From contig OX597824.1 of the NCBI GenBank assembly GCA_951406725.2, forward strand, positions 80,600,001 through 80,664,000: a stretch of 64,000 nt of DNA, read 5' to 3'. The notes beneath the pieces are model-generated. The model was not told the DNA's origin. It saw nothing but the letters and a program-made list of their open reading frames with translations, and did not search any database. This document shows positions 54,690 to 64,000 of the stretch, in pieces. This DNA is from Octopus vulgaris. Lineage: Eukaryota. The number at the start of each line of letters is the position of its first letter. The first letter of the stretch is position 1. A program made the position numbers and the translations under genes.

Positions 54690-55242
54690 GAGTGAGAGAG
54701 CAGTGCATGCCATCAAAGTGACACTGGGGTAAAATATACGAAGCCCAATATACCCATCATGACTACCCGTCTGATAAGGGTACACCAGGCACATGCATCA
54801 CAACCATATGTGCGCGACATGGTGATCTCATATCAAGATAAACAGCACATGACCTTGCAGGTGGGGCCCAGTTAGAATTTTCTTCAGGTTGAGTAGCCCA
54901 TCCCGCTCAAAAGCTCCCTGAATAAGGGTTGTTTAAGGATGTTGAGAGAACCACCCATGTTTCCAGAGGTGAATTCTTCAAACCCCAAAGAATCCCTCTC
55001 AACACATGGCTATGATGCTTCCCCACTACTTCTGCTCGTGATCAGAGATGCACATATCGTCAGCCACTAAGGGACATGCTCAACTGGTTAAGGCCAAACA
55101 ACTGACAAGCAAATCTGTGGTATTGAGCAGAATATTTGCTGTAGCCCATCTTTTATACCAAGACAAAACAATGTACATGATAACACTTCCAATCAGTTAA
55201 GATCAGAAGACATGAGAGCCACTGCCTGGTACTGCATCAGGG

Positions 55243-55243
<1 letters not shown>
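54690..55243 (-). mobile_element. Non-coding interspersed element inserted in (TAA)n, with partial copies at 54362-54613 and 61303-61697
   Basis: Three homologous copies in the window; the full copy is bounded by (ATT)n on both sides. The strand is inferred. Confidence 0.75.
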
Positions 55244-55281
<38 letters not shown>

Positions 55282-55282
55282 G

Positions 55283-55318
<36 letters not shown>

Positions 55319-55319
55319 A

Positions 55320-55540
55320 TTGAGCGCAGCTCTGTGTGTCTTGGGTATGTGTTGTGATTTGTTGTGATGCTTTGATGGTTACTGTATTGAAAGCGTTTTG
55401 CGTAGGATGTGTGCTGTGCCTAGTAGTGCAATTTTCTATATGTTATATGTGTTTGTAAGTCCTGGTGTTTTTGGTATGTATTTGTCTGAACATTTTTTTA
55501 TCATACCTAATGCACCTACTATGAGAAGAATTGTTTCTGT
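55320..55540 (-). mobile_element. R4/Dong-like (RLE) non-LTR retrotransposon 3' end within (TAA)n
   Basis: TETILLIVGALGMIKKCSDKYIPKTPGLTNTYNI*KIALLGTAHILRKTLS matches the RLE C-terminal IGALG...QKIALLGTAHILR motif. Confidence 0.8.
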
Positions 55541-55554
55541 TATTATTATTATCA

Positions 55555-55627
<73 letters not shown>

Positions 55628-55641
55628 CATCATCATCATCA

Positions 55642-55754
<113 letters not shown>

Positions 55755-56349
55755 AATCTTAGAAATATTACAATCGTTATTGTTACTGTTGTTGTTGCTT
55801 TATATTAATATATACAGACAGAAATTAAGTGGAAAAATAAAGTAAACTTATTGGTGTGTGTTTTTAGTTAAAACTAAAGTCAGTATTAAAACTTGCTGTG
55901 AATATATTGTTCTTAGCTCACATGTGGTTAAATCTCTGTGTGGCCAAAAAGAGAGAATAACAGGTGGTTTAACGTCAATATCTATTTTCACAGCTGGACT
56001 GGAAAAGCGCGTTCACTAAATATACACGCCCTGAGAGTTTACCTTACTTTCTTTCTTATTTATTCTAATGTTGTGATACTATTAATTAATGGTTTCAAAT
56101 TTAGGCACAGGTCCAGCAGTTTTTTTAGAGGAGACACTTTGCTGATTACACCCATTGCAAAGCTTATTTTGTTTTATTCTATCGGTTAGGAAAAGGATGA
56201 ACGCAAAGTTGAGCTTGGCGGCATTTGAAATTAGAAGCAAAAACAGCCTTAAGTAATACTGCAAGATATTTTTCTCTGAAGATCTAACGATTCTGCCAGG
56301 TTTCCGGTTTGGGTTTCTATTAATTAAGCAATAAGATGTTAAATACATG

Positions 56350-56425
<76 letters not shown>

Positions 56426-56426
56426 A

Positions 56427-56483
<57 letters not shown>

Positions 56484-56501
56484 CATATATATACATATAT
56501 T

Positions 56502-56539
<38 letters not shown>

Positions 56540-56574
56540 TATACATACATACATACATATACATACATACATAC

Positions 56575-56737
56575 AGGCGCAGGAGTGGCTGTGTGGTAAG
56601 AGCTTGCTAACCAACCACATGGTTCCGGGTTCAGTCCCACTGCGTGGCATCTTGGGCTAGTGTCTTCTGCTATAGCCCCGGGCCGACCAATGCCTTGTGA
56701 GTGGATTTGGTAGACGGAAACTGAAAGCAGCCTGACG

Positions 56738-56790
<53 letters not shown>

Positions 56791-57001
56791 TTGTTTGTCT
56801 GTGTTTGTCCCCCTAGCATTGCTTGACAACCGATACTGGTGTGTTTACGTCCCCGTCACTTAGCGGTTCAGCAAAAGAGACCGATAGAATAAGTACTGGG
56901 CTTACAAAGAATACGTCCCGGGGTCGATTTGCTCGACTAAAGGCGGTGCTCTAGCATGGCCGCAGTCAAATGACTGAAACAAGTAAAAGAGTAAAAGAGT
57001 A
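56575..57001 (+). mobile_element. SINE family B, full length
   Basis: Head-to-tail match; embedded in a TACA/TA microsatellite. Confidence 0.9.
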
Positions 57002-57020
57002 TACATACATACATACATAC

Positions 57021-57073
<53 letters not shown>

Positions 57074-57160
57074 TAGATAATACTTGCAGACAGGCATAAA
57101 TATATACAGATACACATACATATACAGGCACGCACGCACAGATTTATATATGAATCTATG

Positions 57161-57280
<120 letters not shown>

Positions 57281-57819
57281 GACATTAGTACATGTTTTTG
57301 TATCTATCTATGTGCGTATGCAACCATATATATTTATGTATACACACACTCGCACGCACACGCGCAAACACATACCCACATAATTTCATATATACATATG
57401 AAATTAGCGGTAAAAGAATCGAATACATAGGAACCAGCAGTTACAAGTCTGCAGGAATGCTAAAGTGCGTAGAAGGAACAGTTCCAGAGCCTGATGGGTA
57501 ATCCGACATGATTATTAGAAACTGTTGCCAAACATGTTTTTGATCCGAGAGAGTGGATTTCACATGTGATGAACTCACTGAATTGAAGAAAGGAAAGAGA
57601 ATAAACAAGAAGACAGCTTGCCATGATCAGCAGATCTTTGAAAGACGAAGATATTTAATTTCGAGTATATCCTTTAAATTTTACTATTGTATAGAATGAG
57701 AAGCCATTCAAGAAGTAGACTAACGTTTGTATTCTGTCATTCCCAAGAAAGTTAATTTAAGTGCAGCTAAAATTATCATTGATAATAGCAGAAATCTACA
57801 ATAAATTGTGCTGAAGAGT

Positions 57820-58030
57820 ATGCGGTCATATCCTCACGTGCTACAATGAACTCAAAATGTTATATAGGAATAACAGAAAGCAATTTCAAAGGACAGCATG
57901 ACAACAGCACTGCTGTGTTCTAAAATATTAAAAACTACAAAGTTACACATGATTATTAAAATTGGTAAAGAATTTACTATAAAGTGCTTAATACAAAGAT
58001 CTAAGTCATATAACATGAAAGGTCAAAGTT
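57820..58030 (+). mobile_element. Decayed Penelope-like GIY-YIG endonuclease fragment
   Basis: From about 57849 NSKCYIGITESNFKGQHDNSTAVF*, then IGKEFTIKCLIQRSKSYN. This resembles the PLE pattern YIG.TE..FK.R..NH..SF ... F.IKW.I..RA..YN. Confidence 0.55.
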
Positions 58031-58463
58031 ACATTACAATATAACTAAACAATGAAACCCCTGTAGAGCTGAGAAGAACCTCAAGTACACACTACCAACA
58101 TGTACCAATATACAAGATCTGATATTTTAACAAATGTAAACACTCCGAGAGATAAATACTACGATTTTAGCACGTACCACCACTAATAACTCTGTTACTA
58201 ATACTTCTAACAGACCATAGCCATGATATCGTGCAACATGATTCAGAAACTCATGGAAGCGCTTGATCACCTAATTTTGCTATTCCTGATCAAATCTAGC
58301 TTCCCTTTTATATTGTTTCATAATTTCCACATTTTTTTCATTTCTGCGTTGTTAATTCTTTTACAATTTAATTAAACACATGACAACTATTTTTATCAGG
58401 TTTCACTGACAGTAATCATCTCGGCCGAGATCAGCAATTAGTGTACGACAACGGTTCGGCATA

Positions 58464-58871
58464 TACTCTTTTACTCTTTTACTTGTTTCAGTCATTTGAC
58501 TGCGGCCATGCTGGAGCACCGCCTTTAGTCGAGCAAATCGACCCCGGGACTTATTCTTTGTAAGCCCAGTACTTATTCTATCGGTCTCTTTTGCCGAACC
58601 GCTAAGTGACGGGGACGTAAACACACCAGCATCGGTTGTCAAGCAATGCTAGGGGGACAAACACAGACACACAAACATACACATACACATATATATATAC
58701 ATATATACGACAGGCTTCTTTCAGTTTCCGTCTACCAAATCCACTCACAAGGCATTGGTTGGCCCGGGGCTATAGCAGAAGACACTTGCTCAAGATGCCA
58801 CGCAGTGGGACTGAACCCGGAACCATGTGGCTGGTTAGCAATCTACTTACCACACAGCCACTCCTGCGCCT
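58464..58871 (-). mobile_element. SINE family B, full length
   Basis: Near-consensus reverse copy. Confidence 0.9.
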
Positions 58872-59589
58872 ATATATTTACATCAACCGCTTTAAAGCAA
58901 GCACTGTTTATTTATGTAAACTGTCATCACTGGGCAGAACTCTCCTGCGGTATTACTGCAGAAGTAATACCACTCGACACCGGAAGTCAAATAAATAGCG
59001 TATATTGACTTAACAAATCATCAAATATTAACTTTGATATGGTAAATCTAAGAACGGGATATGACATCACGGGATATGACAGTCTGTGCGTATATATCTT
59101 GAAGAGCGGGTGCTTGGCGTAGATGGATGTGACGACAAACACGACGTGGACCGTAAATTCAAGAAAATTGGCGTACAATGGATACGATGAACCTGGTGTA
59201 CAATGGACACGATGAACCTGGATGTGACGATGAAGCTGATGTAGCTGGACGTGAAAATCAATGCAAGAACCAGAAATTCAATGAAATTAGCATAGCTGGA
59301 TGCGACTATAAATTCTGTGAAGGACCAGAATAATTTGCTGAACGTGTACGAATTTGATAGGAAGTCATAGTGGAAATGGTAGTGTAACTGCCAAAACTGC
59401 TACTTTTTTACTATTATGGTGATGAAGTCCCGAACTGAGTGGGAAATATTTACATGAAGAGTCTAACAAACCTATCAGATTCCTTGAAATCTGTACAGCG
59501 GCCTCTGTTATTGACTCCGTGAATGATAGGGAAAATTTATATCAACCGGTACACAAACAGGTACAAAATGGCAGCAGATAGGCTGACCT

Positions 59590-60025
59590 TCCTACTTCTA
59601 ATATTAGCGGTTCTGTGGCATTTTTTACATACCATGCTATGTTGTTTTCTTCTGCTCTAATGCTGTGTTCGCATCCAATAAGTCCTCTTCCCCCTCTTTT
59701 TCTTGGTACATACAGTCTGTGTTACTTTTTTGGGTGGAGTGACCCATATCTAGTCAGCAACTTCCTTGTCTTTCTGTCTAAGCTGTTTAGTTCGTCTACT
59801 GCCCATGCGATTACCCCTGCTCCATATCTAAGGAAACCGCCTAGGTGTTGATAGCTTCGACCTGATTCCGTCCGTTTAATTTCGACTTAAGGATCAGTTT
59901 CAGTTTGCGTAAGTACTCCACCTTAATTTTTTCTGTCATTTCTTTCTCCATTAATTTATCTATTTCCAAAATCCCCAAGTACTTATAGCCCGTCTCTTCT
60001 ATCTGCTTCATAACCTCCCCCGACG
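59590..60025 (-). mobile_element. R4/Dong-like reverse transcriptase (thumb region) fragment
   Basis: GEVMKQIEETGYKYLGILEIDKLMEKEMTEKIKVEYLRKLKLILKSKLNGRNQVEAINT*AVS/RYGAGVIAWAVDELNSLDRKTRKLLTRYGSLHPK/RLYVPRKRGGRGLIGCEH. Confidence 0.85.
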
Positions 60026-60399
60026 GAGGTTATGAAGTAGATAGAAATCTGTACAGAGGCCTAAATTATTGACTCCGTGTGTGATAGCGAATATTTATAT
60101 CAACCGGTACACAAACAGGTACAAAAAGGCAGCAGATAGGGCTGCGCATATGAATTCATTTGTTCATGGTGCCGCAATATGGAATCGAACATCGAACGGC
60201 GTGAATTCAAAGCGAAATTATTAATGACTCGTCTTTCTCCGTAGATACATATAATGATAAATGGACGGACACATACTTATAATGATGTAATAGAGAAAAG
60301 CGCTGCAAATATTTTCGATATATACACACACAAGTACGCATAGTCGCACATGGGTATTCGCGTGAATGTATGTATATATGTACGTATATGTATGTATGC

Positions 60400-60470
<71 letters not shown>

Positions 60471-60543
60471 CATCGTATATTTATATTTATATATATAATA
60501 TCATATATAATATAATGCATAAAAGATAACAAAATAAATATAT

Positions 60544-60594
<51 letters not shown>

Positions 60595-60861
60595 GCACAC
60601 TCACACAATTGCTCAGACTATTACCGCTACATCATATTATTATTGCGTCATTTATAATGCAACATTGTGGACAGTGAATTTTAGAGACAGTTTTCCATAA
60701 ATCTGATTTAAATATTTATAAACTATAAATTCTCATGAGAAATAGAAATGAAAAATTTGAGTTATCTCTCGAAGAATGAAAGTGTTTCTAAAGAAGTAAA
60801 ATACCTTTGAAAATTCCACGGAACCATTTGGTAAGAGAGCTGAACGCAGTCGTAAATGGAT

Positions 60862-61186
60862 GGAAGCACTCCGTCGGTTACGACAATGAGGGTTCCGGTT
60901 CATCCGAATCAACGGAACAGCCTGCTCGTGAAATTAACGTGTAAGTGGCTGAGCACTCCACAGGCACGTGCACCCTTAACGTAGTTCTCGGGGATATTCA
61001 GCGTGACACAGAGAGTGACAAGGCCGGCCCCTTGAAATACAGGTACAACAGAAACAGGAAGTAAGAGTGAGAGAAAGTTGTGGTGAAAGAGTACAGCAGG
61101 GATCACCACCATCCCTGCCGGAGCCTCGTGGAGCTTTAGGTGTTTTCGCTCAATAAACACTCACAACGCCCGGTCTGGGAATTGAA
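60862..61186 (-). mobile_element. SINE family C, tail type 3, 5'-truncated
   Basis: TSD agtcgtaaat at 60848-60857 and 61187-61196. Confidence 0.9.
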
Positions 61187-61698
61187 AGTCGTAAATATGT
61201 TGTTAAGAATTTCTCTTTGGTAGTTTTTAGGTTTCATTTCGATCCCGGTGCGTCGCAATTTTGACAAGTGTCTTCGGTTGGTCATATCAGAGTAAACACT
61301 ATATGACCTTTAAGGTGGGGCCCCAGTTAAGATTTTGTTCAGGTCGAGTAGCCTATCACGCTCAAGAGGTTCTTGAATAAGGCTTGTTTAAGGATGATGA
61401 ACAAAACACTTGTTTCCAGTAGAGAAATAATCAACCCCAAAGAATCTCTCTCATCACATGACTATGATTCTCCACAACTAATTTTCATGTGATATGAGAT
61501 ACACGTATCGTCAGCCACCAAGGGATATGTTCAACTGTTTATGGTCAAGGAAGTTAAAAAAACAAATCTGTGATATTGAGCAGAATATTTGCTATAGCCC
61601 ATCTTTTACAGCAAGAAAAAAAACGGGTACTTAACACTTCCAATCAGTTAAGATAGGAAACCATGAAACTCAGGGCCTGGTATTGCGCCAAGGAGTCA

Positions 61699-61866
61699 TT
61701 CTTCTTCTTCTTCTTCTTCTTCTTCTTCTTCTTCTTCTTCTTCTTCTTCTTCTTCTTCTTCTTCTTCTTCTTCTTCTTCTTCTTCTTCTTCTTCTTCTTC
61801 TTCTTCTTCTTCTTCTTCTTCTTCTTCTTCTTCTTCTTCTTCTTCTTCTTCTTCTTCTTCTTCTTC
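61699..61866. repeat. Pure (TTC)n tract, about 56 units
   Basis: Direct inspection. Confidence 0.95.
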
Positions 61867-62029
61867 CGGTTTTCCGACAGTCAAATCAGTTAGCGGCATA
61901 CATACCTGCTTTTCATTCTGAGTTCAAATTCTGCCGAGGTCGCCACTGTTGTTTCATCCTTTCAGGCACATAATAATAATTTATGTGGAAAATCCAGTGC
62001 CTCACCTCTGAAATATAAAGTAATTTTAA

Positions 62030-64000
<1,971 letters not shown>

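Noticed and set aside
55020-55075. CTGACGA on the minus strand of the TAA-associated element
   Set aside because: No properly placed helix II, GAAA and helix I could be built.
60250-60270. Additional TGATAAATGG Pbx/Hox-like sites (also near 37118)
   Set aside because: A few such matches are expected by chance in 64 kb of AT-rich DNA.

Overview
AT-rich eukaryotic non-coding DNA saturated with microsatellites. The SINE repertoire and simple-repeat style suggest an octopus (coleoid cephalopod) genome; this is my recognition and is not database-checked. No intact host protein-coding gene could be supported. Almost all listed ORFs are translations of (TA)n, (CA)n, (TATC)n, (CAT)n or GA-rich repeats, or of SINEs. 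The window contains at least four tRNA-derived SINE families (called A-D here). It also holds decayed LINE fragments (RTE, CR1/L2-group, R4/Dong-like), Tc1 and mariner remnants, a non-autonomous Helitron, a TIR MITE with an 8-bp TSD, a Penelope-like GIY-YIG remnant, and a 75/86-bp satellite carrying 15 perfect ATGCAAAT octamers. The most notable hidden signal is a set of about 8 loci with minimal type-I hammerhead ribozyme folds. Each fold with a readable helix III has it palindromic. They lie in short, sequence-diverse elements, mostly bounded by (TA)n and often arranged as inverted or foldback repeats, consistent with a Penelope-like/retrozyme-type system.
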